Shown: in pieces, positions 40,860 to 57,015 of the stretch
Position numbering within the stretch: position 1 is the first letter of the stretch
How the letters are laid out: every line of letters begins with the position of its first letter
From: Eledone cirrhosa
Lineage: Eukaryota
Assembly (NCBI GenBank): GCA_964016885.1
Contig: OZ024758.1
Coordinates: forward strand, 10,974,001-11,038,000
Reading direction: 5' to 3'
DNA length: 64,000 nucleotides
Position numbers and translations under genes: made by a program
Notes under the pieces: model-generated
What the model was told of the DNA's origin: nothing
Databases searched by the model: none
What the model saw: the letters and a program-made list of their open reading frames with translations, nothing else

Positions 40860-41112
40860 TTAACCACCCAAGCCAAAAACCAAATCAAGCTAAACAGGTC
40901 AAAACAAAATAAATTTATTTTGTTTTGACCTGTTTAGCTTGATTTGGGTTTTGGCTTGGGTGGTTAATGTCTTCTTTTCAGTTTTGTATGGCTTCTTAAC
41001 ACATTGTTAAGCTCTGGTTTTTAACTATTGAGCACTTTGCCAGTATCATTTCTGATTTTTGCGTTTCGCTTCGCTTTCCCTGCCCGCCGAAAATGCGATT
41101 CTCGCTGAATCT
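40860..41112 (-). repeat. (TA)n-flanked repeat with terminal about 54-bp-arm palindrome; homolog at about 23183-23386 (+)
   Basis: ttaaccacccaagcc...aaaataaatttattt...ggcttgggtggttaa. The body aligns by eye to 23183-23386. Confidence 0.8.
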
Positions 41113-41117
41113 TTATT

Positions 41118-42001
<884 letters not shown>

Positions 42002-42851
42002 ATCCTGCCGTTTCAACAGCTATTTTCTAACTCTGGTGAGCAATGGTCTAACAGGTTTTTACTGAGACAAGAAATGGAATGCTTTCTGAAAGAGAGAAGG
42101 TACCAAGTTTAAATGCTGAAATTATGCTATATACAAAGACAGCTCCCCAGCGACACCATCACCACCACCACCGCCACCACAGTATTATAGATACTACATT
42201 TCAGTTGTTTGCTTTCATATGCATAATTAAATACAGATTCAATGTCTTCTGAATGGTTTCATTATAAATTACGTCTCAAGATATTGTCATTACAAAGAAA
42301 AAAAACAATTTTGAAGAACTCAAGGTCGTTCCGATAGAAATATAAGATGAAGAAAACATCATATTGTACTATGTAATTACGAAATTAATAAACCACATGA
42401 ACAAGAATGATGTAATTCAAACAAATTATTATTATTACATCATAGCAAAATATTTTTTTGTATTTGCCAAAAATATTATTATTACGTCATAGCAAAATAT
42501 TAATTTTTTGCGTTTGCCCAAAATATATATATTTTTTTCATATCTTTAAGAAAACTGCACTAAAATTACATTCTATAATGACTTGTAATTCTTTCTTCTC
42601 GTTTCTAACATATGCTTTAATTTAATAATTTCTGTCAAACATCATCTTCATTGCTAAAATACCACTTTATCATCTTAGTTCATTTCTGAATGAAGACGTT
42701 AATATTTTCAGAAGTACCGTCTTTCAACCATTTAAATCTTTTCTAATGATATGTCTCCATTTTCACAATGTTCAATTATTTTTCACATTCTAATCAGTAA
42801 ACTTCCAGCTAAACACAAATTATCGATGTATTTTATTTGTTCAGAAGTGTG

Positions 42852-42855
<4 letters not shown>

Positions 42856-42924
<69 letters not shown>

Positions 42925-42934
42925 ATATATATAT

Positions 42935-43021
<87 letters not shown>

Positions 43022-43034
43022 AATATATATATAA

Positions 43035-43129
<95 letters not shown>

Positions 43130-43142
43130 TATATATAAATAT

Positions 43143-43207
<65 letters not shown>

Positions 43208-43226
43208 TATATAAATATATATATAA

Positions 43227-43259
<33 letters not shown>

Positions 43260-43304
43260 AATATATATATATAAATATATATATATAAATATATATATAT
43301 ACAT

Positions 43305-43343
<39 letters not shown>

Positions 43344-43410
43344 TATAAATATAAATATATATAAATATATATATAAATATAAATATATATATATATAAAT
43401 ATATATATAA

Positions 43411-43441
<31 letters not shown>

Positions 43442-43454
43442 AATATATATATAA

Positions 43455-43487
<33 letters not shown>

Positions 43488-43500
43488 AATATATATATAA

Positions 43501-43533
<33 letters not shown>

Positions 43534-43546
43534 AATATATATATAA

Positions 43547-43579
<33 letters not shown>

Positions 43580-43580
43580 A

Positions 43581-43611
<31 letters not shown>

Positions 43612-43612
43612 A

Positions 43613-43645
<33 letters not shown>

Positions 43646-43786
43646 AATATATATATACATATATATATATAAATATATATATACATATATATATATAAAT
43701 ATATATATACATATATATATATAAGTATATATATATATAAATATATATATAAATATAAATATATATATATATAAATATATATATAC

Positions 43787-43817
<31 letters not shown>

Positions 43818-44032
43818 AATATATATATAAATATATATACATATATATACATATATATATACATATATATATATATAAATATATATATATATACATATAT
43901 ATAAATATAAATATATATAAATATATATATATATAAATATATATATATATAAATATATATATACATATATATATAAATATATATATATACATATATATAT
44001 ATACATATATATACATATATATAAATATAAAT

Positions 44033-44063
<31 letters not shown>

Positions 44064-44164
44064 CATATATATAAATATATATATATATATACATATATAT
44101 AAATATATATATATATAAATATATAAATATATAAATATATATAAATATATATATATATATATAA

Positions 44165-44195
<31 letters not shown>

Positions 44196-44222
44196 AATAT
44201 ATATAAATATATATATATATAA

Positions 44223-44253
<31 letters not shown>

Positions 44254-44280
44254 AATATATATAAATATATATATATATAA

Positions 44281-44319
<39 letters not shown>

Positions 44320-44440
44320 CATATATACATATATATAAATATATATATACATATATATATATATATACATATATGCATATATATAAATATATATATATAT
44401 ACACATATATATATATACATATATATATACATATATATAC

Positions 44441-44471
<31 letters not shown>

Positions 44472-44482
44472 CATATATATAC

Positions 44483-44515
<33 letters not shown>

Positions 44516-44640
44516 CATATATATACATATATATACATATATATACATATATATACATATACATATATATACATATATATACATATATATATATATACAT
44601 ATATATACATATATATACATATATATACACATATATATAC

Positions 44641-44671
<31 letters not shown>

Positions 44672-44672
44672 C

Positions 44673-44763
<91 letters not shown>

Positions 44764-45340
44764 CATATATATACATATATATACATATATATACATATAT
44801 ATACATATATATACATATATATACATATATATATATAAAATATATATATATATATATAATATATATATATATATAATATATATAAAATATAAAACATATA
44901 TATATATAAAATATATATATATATATATATAAAACATATATATATATAAAGCATATATATATATAAAATATATATATATATATATATATAAAATGTATAT
45001 ATATATATATATAAAACATATATATATATAAAATATACATATTTATATATATATAATATATAAATATATATAATCTCTATATATATAAAATGTATATATA
45101 TATATATAAAACATATATATATATATATATAAAACATATATATAAAATATATATATATATATATAATATATATATATATATATAATCTATATATATATAA
45201 AATGTATATATATATATATAAAACATATATATATATATATATAAAACATATATATAAAATATATATATATATATATAATATATATAAAATATAAAACATA
45301 TATATAAAACATATATATATATATATTATATATATTATAT
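42856..45340. repeat. (CT)n followed by a 2.4-kb degenerate (TA)n tract
   Basis: Seen directly; it is the source of the spurious 700-800 aa ORFs. Confidence 0.95.
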
Positions 45341-45437
45341 TTAGGTGGACACTTAAAACGAAGAACTTTCATTTATATATAAAACTTTCTTTCATACTGT
45401 GACATAAATCCTGTTTTTTTTTTCTTTCTAATTCCAG

Positions 45438-45558
45438 GATACAGATATTGGTGATCTAATGTTCTCTTTGAGCTACCTCTCCAGTGCTGAAAGATTAACT
45501 GTGGTGGTTGTAAAATCAAGAAACCTAGAACATACAGAAAAGGGTAAAATCACTCTTG
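45438..45558 (+). CDS. Synaptotagmin-family gene, exon encoding the start of C2B (absent from the ORF track)
   Basis: Acceptor ttttctttctaattccag|, donor |gtaggt at 45559. Translates DTDIGDLMFSLSYLSSAERLTVVVVKSRNLEHTEKGKITL plus 1 nt. The phase 0 start fits the upstream exon and the phase 1 end fits the next exon. Confidence 0.93.
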
Positions 45559-45733
45559 GTAGGTCTTCATTTAATTCTTAATTTCCTTTATTTCAACCTT
45601 AAAATCACAATAATTGTAGAGGATAGGGGCCAATTATATAAATTAATAATTGCTCATAAAATCTGTGACATTTAGTTATTCTAAATAACAGCTATCTCAG
45701 AATTTAAGGGCCGAAATACCTGTTTGATGTGGG

Positions 45734-45990
45734 ATTTCTTCTCAGAAGACCTTCTGCTGTCCAACTTTCCTGAAATGTTCTCACCAGGTGATATGAATTT
45801 GTAGATAAGAGGTTAAGGAGGGTGTCTTTAAAGACCTTCTGCTGTCCAGCTATCCTGAGAGTTTCTTCTCTGAAGACCTTCTGCCGTCCAACTTCCCTAA
45901 AATGTTCTCACCAGGTGATATGAATTTGTAGATAAGAGGTTAAGGAGGGTTTCTTTGAAGACCTTCTGCTGTCCAGCTCTCCTGAGAGTT
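45734..45990. repeat. 127-bp tandem duplication in the last intron
   Basis: gaagaccttctgc at 45745 and 45872. Confidence 0.9.
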
Positions 45991-46141
45991 TTTTTAATAC
46001 TATCACGTTTAGTTATTCTATACATGTTTAAATAAAATAAAAACATTATCAAAACGTAATTGACCACCATATTGTAAAAGAACTACTGACAAAGATTGGC
46101 TAATTGTTTTCTTTATTGTCTGTTTTCTTCTTTTGTTATAG

Positions 46142-46443
46142 ATCCCTACGTAAAAGTAACACTTGTGTACGCAGGAAAGAAAATTAAGAGGAAGAAGACA
46201 ACTACAAAGCGAAACACACATAACCCTGACTGGAATGAAGCTTTGGTGTTTAATTTGGGTCGGGAATACATCAAAGAAATTACAATTGATTTGGTCATTT
46301 ATCATGACAATAAGATCGGAAATGATGAAATGCTTGGCAAAGTACTGCTTCACCCTGATTCCACTGGCGAAGAGAAGATACATTTAGGTGATATGATTGT
46401 AGGCAAAAGTACCGGTCCCCGCTGGCATAAACTTACAATGTAA
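46142..46443 (+). CDS. Synaptotagmin-family gene, last coding exon (rest of C2B and stop)
   Basis: Acceptor ttcttttgttatag|. Split codon G+AT gives D, then PYVKVTLVYAGKKIKRKKTTTKRNTHNPDWNEALVF...GPRWHKLTM*. Polybasic stretch and C-terminal WHxL motif are typical of synaptotagmins. Confidence 0.93.
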
Positions 46444-46467
46444 GCTTCATTATTTCTCTTGTTTTAA

Positions 46468-46678
46468 GGGTGCTGGATTGGCAGAACCGTTAGAACGTAG
46501 AACAACATGCTTTATGGCATATGTTCTGACTCTCTAGATTCTGAGTTTAAATCCCACCGAGGTCAACTTTGCCTTTCATCCTTCCGAGGTCGATAAAATA
46601 AAGTTCCAGTCAAGGACTGGGGGTCGATATAATCGGCTTTCCTCTTCTCTCCCTCAAAATTGCTGGCTTTGTGCCTAA
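46468..46678 (+). mobile_element. SINE family 1, long-tail variant, about 25 bp after the synaptotagmin stop codon
   Basis: ggattggcagaaccg...ctgagtttaaatcccaccgaggtcaactttgcctttcatccttccgaggtcgataaaataaag. Confidence 0.85.
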
Positions 46679-48475
46679 TTTAGACACCCTTATTTCTCTT
46701 GTTGAGAGCAATGTTCTTGTATTAATAAACAGAGATGTGGTTCTTGGATTACTGAATCAAAAATATTGTGATTCAAGAAAGGAAAGGAAACGCAAATGAT
46801 TTCATCTTTTTTTAAGAAATGAAATTTGAAGAAAAGGGAACTGAAATAGAAAATAACTTTGAAAGAATGTTTGATTTGTAATAGAAGAACATAACCAACT
46901 AAGCTGAAAATCGAATTATCTTGAAATATATTTGAAATCGAATGATGAAAAAAACAAACAAACAAACAAAATAACCCAGAGATTTATATTTCCAATTATT
47001 TTAATATTTGTTTTATCCCAATACATGAGAATGATAAAAAAAAAAGAAAAAAAAAAATTACAAACGAAAAAGAAAAAAAAAAAGAAATCTCAATGCCAAC
47101 CAACCAGGAAAAAAATGTTCTTTGATAAATAAGTGAATTATATGGAACAATATTGGTCCTTGTAATATTTACGTCTCTCATGTAGTTATTTCTAGAATAT
47201 TGTCAACACATCAGAAACAGTACAAAACAATAACAGAGAATGAATGCTTTTCGTTCATATATTTCTAGTATATCTGGAGTACTTCTTTTATCTTCCAGTT
47301 AATATACATGTATCAACAGTAAGGAATTTAGTCAACACATTTTACAATGTATTTCTTCTTTTCCTAACGTTCATCACCCCCGCAGTAACGATAGCTCCGA
47401 CTGCAGCATACAAGTGTTAGAGAATGAAACTAGTTGTATGGGATTGATATTCTAATTCACACATATTCATATTTATACAATACATATTTATATATATATA
47501 TGGATACATATAATATTTATACATCATATCTATATATTAAAAAAATTATATATATATAATTTATTTCAGTATTTCTAAACATTTTCACTTCCTTGATTTA
47601 AATGAAGTTTCCCACATCTCACATTATTATTATACAGTAGCAATAACAATCAGAAAAAAGAAATGTTTATACTTAGAAAAGAATGAATACCCAGTAGTTT
47701 GTGTATATTCTATTTAACACTAGTACTACTTGTTACAAACCACTAGTGTATATATATGTAAGTTTATTTGAAGCTGGGTTTTCACGAGCCTGACTTAACG
47801 TTTCATATTTGACACGTCAGGCACTGGATTTGCATGCACTTATGTGCATTTAATTATCCATATTATATATATATGTGTGTGTGTATGTATATATACACGT
47901 GTGTATATACATATGAAACATAACATGAATTAGATATCAAGCAGAACACATCAATAAATAAATTAAAAGTGAAACTGTTATTGCAAAAATGTTAAGAATT
48001 CTGTATTTTTGTAGAAAGGAATGATGTTATTTAGAATTTTGATAGACTATTAAGATCATTATCTTAGTTGTTTTGTGGTTATTGTTTAAATATTACATTT
48101 CATCAATTACATTCTCATTAGGAAGAAATATCATATCCATTTATCTGTTTGTATATTATATCTACTCTGGTTAGTTCAGTATATTATTGATAAAAGAATC
48201 ACACATCAACTTAAACATTTTTTAAAATATCCTCTTTAATCTTTGAAATAATAAAAAGTATACACACACACACATACATATATATATGAATGTATCAAAA
48301 TAAACAAACTATTGTTATCATTTCTAAAGCGAAGCCAAAATTGTAAGTGATATTTGCCTACGTACATGAAAGACATTAGATATTTGAATATACGTACATA
48401 TATACAGGCGTAGATGTTAAATATTAACGACAGAAGTCTATACTACTTGTATATATATATGTATGTATATTTAAC

Positions 48476-48508
<33 letters not shown>

Positions 48509-50604
48509 ATTTAACTATATATATATATAAATACAGCTATTTATACATATATTTATGCACACACACACGAAATAAAGGAACAATGAAATGTACACAAATA
48601 AATGTTTTGCATCCCATCTTTGTGCAGGTAACTGACAGCAACTGCCCAGGCACTTATCTCCCCTTGTTTCTGGTATATAGCCCGGCAACTGTTTATATGG
48701 AACCTGTGAAGATATAACAATGATAATAATAAGAATAAGAAGAATTTGTATAATTGGTTATTTATGGAGCTGGAAATTGTGTGATAACAAAGCATCACCC
48801 ACCCTAGGCCTCTAGTTGAGGTGTGGTATATGTAAATATACAGATAATCAAGGATAGTAATAATAATGATGATGATGTTTTGAGTGTAGAGGAAATATCG
48901 GTTATAAATAAACAGAAGTGACTAGTATCGGGTATGTGTTAGAAGTCATTATCGTTAACATTGTGGTAGAGACGGTAGCACAATATCCTGTTTTTAGTAA
49001 CGACCCTTTCAGCTGTAAGTATTAAATCCTACCTGGATATCAGGTTCACATTTTGTCTTTCATTCATCCATGGTCAATCATATACTTATCAATCAATGCT
49101 GGGGTCTCAAGTACTGTGCCAATATAAAACATTCTTATCAATTCAGGTACAACATACATACACACACACACACATAAATATACATATGTGTATACACATA
49201 CATACATAAATATACATACACGTATGCATGTATATATATAATGTTTCCTTACTTACGAAAGCTTACAATTATCCAGTATAATCTTTGTGATTTACTAAAT
49301 TATATGTTTCTTAGCCAACTAATAGCAATTTTGAGACGGAAAAAACATTGGGTGACTTTCAAAGAGAAATTTAATCAAATTGGTAATGTATTTACTGAAC
49401 CATCGATGGCTAAACAGGTGTAGATATGAAATATTAACGACAGAAGTCTTTACTACTACTGCTCCAATGAATCGATCTCTATGTCACACAATTCTGTATT
49501 TTACGTAAACTACATCTCATATTCAGCAGCAATATTCAGTAATTAATATTAATTAACTCTAGATACGTTTATTTTTAAAACCATTGATTTATTATTTAAA
49601 ATTAACAAGATACAACCAATACTTAAATATGTACCGACCTTCTTCTAACCAAATAATTTAATCTAACTGTAGACAAAAGTTACACCTTTTAAAACGATAT
49701 TCCTGCCAGGTTATTTTTAAAACCATTTATTATTTAAAATTAACCACAAACAACCAAAATATTGATATGTACCAACGTATTTCTAACCGATTGTTTCCGC
49801 AAATGCAAAAGTTATAAAAATATATTTATTTTCAGTAAAGAAACGTTCAGAGATGTTTAGGAAGAAATTAGGAAATGATGCAAAATCCTCTTTATAAGTA
49901 AGGTATTGAATTCTTTTACGGTTCGTACATTTGCCATAAACTTTATAATACTTGCTAAGCTTTTAAATTATCTTCCCTTCGCCTTCGGATTCTCTAACAA
50001 TTGCCTCCCATCTACTACACAAAGAGATTTTTTTTTCTTTTTATTACAATTTATTCTGAGCAGCATCCAATACACAACCTCTTAAAATTATTTCTCTTTA
50101 CTCGTTTATGCAAATTATTATGTAAATTATTCTTGGCCGAAATATACTTGTTTCTTTTTCTAAATGTAAATTAACATTTCAAATTGCAAGCAAGTTAAAA
50201 CTATGCAGGCGAGATATGAAGGACCAAAACATATGTACATAGTTATCCTTAGCTTGCAGTGTTGAATATATTGTCCTTTTCCCCAGAAAGTTAAATTCTT
50301 TGAGAATTCGTTCCTAAGATTTTGACATTATTTCCCATTCTTCATGGATGTTGCAAACAATCACCTCTAGGTATTTTGTTTTCCGTCTCACGCCTAAATA
50401 AATTATCAATTTACTGTGTACTACATTCCAAACATCAGCCTTTTACTTATACATATATATATATATATATATTTATATTGAAATATTTATTTACGAGTTT
50501 TTAATGAATGAGAGTGGAAACTATTTCAAAGATTACTTTTAAATATTAATTGGAAATATGTAAAGAAATTAATATGTATACATACACACACACACACACA
50601 CACA

Positions 50605-50675
<71 letters not shown>

Positions 50676-51216
50676 GTAATAATAAAAACTAACTTTCTAA
50701 GAAGAAAGACTGATACTCCGATCAATCACAACTTCAAGCCCAACATTAAAATGTATAGTTGTTATAGTGTATATAAATACAATATTTGTCGATATTGATA
50801 TGTATTCAAAGAGAAATAACAATGTCATTTTTTTTATCGATGTAGATATAATTGAAATTTAGTGATTAGCAATTTGTGATAATGAGATTATTCTCTTATA
50901 ATTTCATAATTATGTATATAATGAGTTTAATGATTATATAATATGCAATTACGTAAAATAAGTACATAACACACATATTTATATAATTGATTATATATAC
51001 ATACACATACAGATGTATATATGAATATATATACAAATATATGTATATATAACACACCCACACACTCATATATATCTCCTTTTTCGGCCCACTTATTCCT
51101 GAGGGGGTCATGGGGGCAGAGTCCAGTGGGTCCTGTCAAAAGCATCATATATCTATATACTTAAATCTATACACAGACATAGTTATATATACATAATTGT
51201 ATTATATGTGTGTGTG

Positions 51217-51252
<36 letters not shown>

Positions 51253-51736
51253 CGAGAGAAACTCAAAGCAAACGAGAGTCAGTAGAATGATGTGGGTGTA
51301 TGGTGTGTATAATTAAAATTCATCAACTTGACTTGCAAAATATACATAATTATAATTTTAATAGTTTTGATAAACTAAACTAAACTAAAAAATACTGGTT
51401 GGATAAATAATTACTTTATTTAACTATAATTTAGATCTGTTAGTATATATTTCCTTCGTATCTTAGCTTGTACTTTCTCAAGTGTCATGTTTAACAAAAA
51501 TAAAATATAAATGTTACACTTTTCTTATCAACGTTGTTTGACGAATTTACTATGAACGAAAACAAAATGTTTCATTCTTGTTTAGAAATAATTTCAATGT
51601 CTGTTGGTGATTTCATTCTTAGTTATACTTTGTTAATATTTCCTGACTAATTGATTATATTTCAATAAAACATTTTTATCCTTTAAGTACAAAGTTGTTG
51701 CTGCTTTTAATATCTTGCCTGTCTTTCTTTTTTATG

Positions 51737-51771
<35 letters not shown>

Positions 51772-52135
51772 TGGCTGCCAACTCGTTTTCGAGTACGGCC
51801 ACTACTTTATATCCATGTAAGAGAACCCCTACCGATACGCTGAACGAGTGTGACTTTTTAGTCCAGCCAGTGACTTGAAAACTCTACAAAAACTCTGGTA
51901 CAAACACTACACTTGTGACAATTATTGACACATAGTGCTGGGCCCATGGTACCACGTGACGACAAGTGCAGAGAGATCTCCAGATATAAAGCAATGCCTG
52001 TGCCGTGAAGCTTTTATAGTGAGCAAAGGCACTGCACAAAGCCAGTCCCACTCTCTTAACCAAGATGATATTTACCAAAAAGAAGAACAAGTCAACATCA
52101 TTGGATACCATATTAGATACATATACCATCATTAG

Positions 52136-52199
<64 letters not shown>

Positions 52200-53149
52200 G
52201 CAAATATATCCTTCGGCAAGAAACGTCTATTTTCTCCTCACTGTTCACTAAAACAATATTTAAATCCAAGAGCTATCTATCTACTGGCCAAATTTACGGT
52301 CCAGTTATCAGAACCTTTCTATGTTCGCTCGACCTGCTAGAATTAGCATCCAAATCTCCCTAAAGTCCTAAAAATATAGAGAACACATTGGCTGTTTTGT
52401 CGTCTACTATTACAGTTCAAGAAAGTACGAGTAAAATTCTACAGCTCACATTTGTTAGGTAATTAAACATTACATCGTGATTGATATCATTCTATGTCTG
52501 TCGTATGTAATAAGCACAATTTTCTTCAATTATCTATAACCTAATAGGAACCAATTAATAGAGGTTTAATCCCATTAACTATGCAGCAGTTAATGACTGT
52601 AAAATGTATTTAGCAACTAACAGAAACTGTACAAACTATTATAATGATGCTTAAAATACATCAGTGAATCTCTTAATTATTAGATTAATCAGTCTTTTGA
52701 TTATTATTCACAGAATTGTTGCTAATGACTAGAGATTATCTTCTATTATCTACTTTAAACGTTGGTCTTATCTATAAAACGGCTAGCATATAGAAATGTC
52801 CAGACTAATTAGAGAGACAATTAGGGACAGTCAGAAATTTGTATATCAAAAAAGAAAAAAAGGAAAAGAGCCGATCATCAGATCGAACAAAGAGAATTAT
52901 ATTTTCATCACTTTTTCCATTGATGATTCTATCTCTTGGTAGAAAATATAGCAGCCGATCGTCACCTCGCATCAAGGAAATTAAGTTTCCATTAATCTTT
53001 CCATTGCTGATACTATCTCACTCTGTTGCAACTCTTGGCAGAAAAGAACAGAACCGATCATCGTAACTGTTCTATCAATTTAGTCCTACGTCAGTCTACA
53101 TTATCGTATGGCCACAGTTAAGGAAGATATGATTACATATCCTAGCAGA

Positions 53150-53373
53150 ATGATCGAGGACATAGATGCTTATCTTTGAAACCAGCACAGGCTCTACAGA
53201 GAACACTGAATACTTAAATGTATATTGAAAACGAAAGCATATTCTGCTCCAATGCTGCAATTCCATATATAAACATAGCTCAATTCAGACCTGGATGCAT
53301 TCCTTTTTTCATGGAAAAGGCGGACCTGTCATTTACAACCAGCTACAGAGGTATCGCCCTTATGGCTATTGCT
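53150..53373 (+). mobile_element. Decayed LINE reverse transcriptase fragment
   Basis: 53313-53373 translates EKADLSFTTSYRGIALMAIA, resembling the KKGD....NYRGI.L motif at the start of non-LTR RT domains. The left boundary is approximate. Confidence 0.55.
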
Positions 53374-54523
53374 ATAATCAATAGAATTTAGGACAGATAT
53401 TTAGCTCTCATCATCTGTGTCCATTGGTTGTCCCCTGTATGTGTTGACCAGAAATACTGTTTCAATTTTAATTGAATTAAATGTGTCACTAGATTATATT
53501 GTTCACTTCAAAACTAAGTCTCCCTGGCTCACTAGTATGAGCTGTTCCGGAATTGATGTATGATTAATTGCCAGCAATTACTAAAAGGAAAGCATTACTT
53601 CCTATTGATATCCTAACCAAAGGAGAAAATATTTATCGTCTGCTATAAAAACTGACAATAGAAGGCGACCTTATAGGGTATTGTAATTCAAGAAAAGATT
53701 TAGTAAAGTATTAGTGTAGGTTATATTTATCTGAAGAAGCATCAGTAATAACCTACCGTCAAACCATCTAATCCCTTCCATTTACTCCTGACTAAATGGG
53801 GCTTTGGTGTAGCTAAATATATCACAATATCATTTTAGCTACCGTTAGTAGTAATGTTGGAGAAAAGCCTTAAAATGGCAATTTTACGACTTCTAAATAA
53901 TGAGAAAAAAAGAGACAAATCCTTTTTCTGAATGAACACACACATATATATATAACTATTAGATGAAAATAGAAAAATATTGAGAGAAGAAGAAGAAAGA
54001 GAAGTGTGTTGATACGTAGAAGTGACAGGAAGAATGGAAGACAATATTTAGTAGGAGGGACCACAGACTATATTGTACACACACATAAATACAAATAAAT
54101 GATTCTCAATATTTTGCAGAGTATTGCTTCAGTAAGTTACGAATCCTAATCCTACTTTATTTATTTTTTCTACTGGATTGATCTGGAGGAAGAAGCTAAG
54201 TCCATGGCCTTCACGTTTCTTCTGAGACGTGAAGAAATACCTAATATATATCGTGATACTGCAGATTGCTTTGATCAATAAAAGAGATAAAATACTTCAG
54301 ATCAAAGCCTTCATCTGACAATATGTCAGAAAGTGGATGGTGTATATATTTAAAAACAAAAGCTAGACAAACATGAATTCAATAAAAAATATCTTATTTT
54401 ATTATGTTTAGTTATGATAAGCTTTGATCTAATCCATTCTTCCAATAACTAATTAAATGCAGGTCAATCAATATTGACCCATCACTAACCGAAACGATGT
54501 GCTTTATGTGTACACACTCACAC

Positions 54524-54572
<49 letters not shown>

Positions 54573-54739
54573 ATTATATATATAATATAATAATATTAGG
54601 TATATATATATATATATAATATAATTATATTAGGTATATATATATATATATATAATATAATTATATTAGGTATATATATATATATATAATATAATTATAT
54701 TAGGTATATATATATATATATATATAATATAATTATATT

Positions 54740-54783
<44 letters not shown>

Positions 54784-54791
54784 ATTATATT

Positions 54792-54825
<34 letters not shown>

Positions 54826-54832
<7 letters not shown>

Positions 54833-55281
54833 TAAAAATAGACAAGGGTTAAAATGTCCTCTTCAGTAGTCTGCAGAATATCGTTGGTATTTCGACACAT
54901 TAAAGACTAGATACCTAAAATCAGTGCGAGCGATAACTCAAATAAGTTATCGGGACAGTGGGAAAACAGGGAAGGAAACAAACACATGGTGGTATGCAAT
55001 GTAAAGAGAGGAAAATAGAGACAAGTCAATGAATCCTGTGGTCTTAAGCCCGACATATCAAATTGACGAGGAGAAATAGACACGTCCGAGCCGCGAGAAG
55101 ATTGTTGCATACCACCTTGTGTTTGTTTCCTTCCCTCTGTTTTCCCACTGTCCCGATAACTTAATTGAGTTATCGCTCGCACTGATTTTAGGTATCTAGT
55201 CTTTAATGCGTCGAAATACCAACGGTATTCAGCAGACTACTGAAGAGGACATTTTAATCCTTGTCTATTTTTATTCATATA
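54826..55281. repeat. Fold-back insert, about 175-bp inverted arms, between (TA)n tracts
   Basis: 54826-54999 is approximately the reverse complement of 55105-55281. Confidence 0.85.
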
Positions 55282-55786
55282 TTCATGTTCGCAACAACGC
55301 AGCACGCCATTCTTCATTGATATATATATATATATATGAATTATAAGAATCAAAGAACTGTTCAAAACATTTTTATGCTTACAACTGTTTCCTCCAAATC
55401 GAGGTTTGGATTCTTCGGAGCAATTTATTATTGAATGAACACTTATATGACCTCCTTATCAGCCAAGAGACATACAGATACATATGCAAATATTGTGGGC
55501 CAACATTCATTATAGCATTTAGTGTGGCAGTACACACTTAGAAATTACATTCATATTAAAAGATACAATCAAAAATACAGGTTAAAATACAAGTTAAAAT
55601 ACAGTTCTTTGATTCTTATAATTCATATAACTGGTCTGTAAATCATCTGATGTTTTTACATTGAGCTATTTAACTTACTGGTAATAAGGTAGTAATATAT
55701 TACTGCCTACCACTGTTTAGGGTTTATAAAAATATATATAACTGCAAAAGGTTTTGTATTTGCATAACCATAAATAGTATAATTAA

Positions 55787-55844
<58 letters not shown>

Positions 55845-56264
55845 GGCGAGAGAGCGATAGATACATATAAAATATACAAATAAAGTCGATGTGCGTGTTA
55901 GTATCGACATTATGTGTATATTTTTATTTGTTTTGTCTGTAAGTTTCTATATTATATGAGACAGCAGTGCAGCGATGCAATAAACATCAACAAGTTGCAC
56001 CGATGTTTTCTACAAAAAGTGTAAGAAAGAAGAATACAGGAGAGTAAACAAAGTAAAGCCAAGACAAACAGACAGGCATCTAAAAGATGATAATGACTAG
56101 AAGATGTCGGTAGATTTAGAGGTTTATTTCAAGACATAATTCTTAGTGGCAAGTTTTATTTGAAGAATGAAGTAACATCTTGGTCTTATGTCATGATCAA
56201 ACTTGACAAAAGGCATTATGAGAGTTGAGTTGACAGAAAGATAATGTGAAGTTGTGAAAAGCAA

Positions 56265-56622
56265 TCATACACACATACACACATATATATATACATATAT
56301 ATACACACATATATACACACACACATATATACACACATATATATATATACATATATATACACACATATATACACACACACATATATACACATATATATAT
56401 ATATATTTACATATATACACACATATATACACACACACACGTATATATACACATATATATATATATATATTTACATATATACACACATATATACACACAC
56501 ACACGTATATATACACATATATATATATATATATTTACATATATACACACATATATACACACACACGTATATATACACACATATATATATATATATATTT
56601 ACATATATACACACGTATATAT

Positions 56623-56661
<39 letters not shown>

Positions 56662-56920
56662 CATATATACACACATATATACACACACACGTATATATAC
56701 ACACATATATATATACACACATATATATATTTACACATATACACACATATATACACACACACGTATATATACACACATATATATATATATATATATATAT
56801 TTACATATATACACACATATATACACCCACACGTATATATATACACATATATATATATATTTACATATATACACACACACGTATATATATACACATATAT
56901 ATATATATTTTTACATATAT

Positions 56921-57013
<93 letters not shown>

Positions 57014-57015
57014 CA
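56265..57015. repeat. (AT/AC) compound microsatellite; similar tracts at 1800-2362, 4800-5130, 10150-10750, 32780-33700, 34540-34815, 37610-38630, 54525-54830
   Basis: Seen directly. Confidence 0.95.

Noticed and set aside
42833-45299. ORFs of 698-793 aa and the many other YI/HT/CV-rich ORFs
   Set aside because: They are translations of (TA)n, (CA)n and related microsatellites that lack stop codons.
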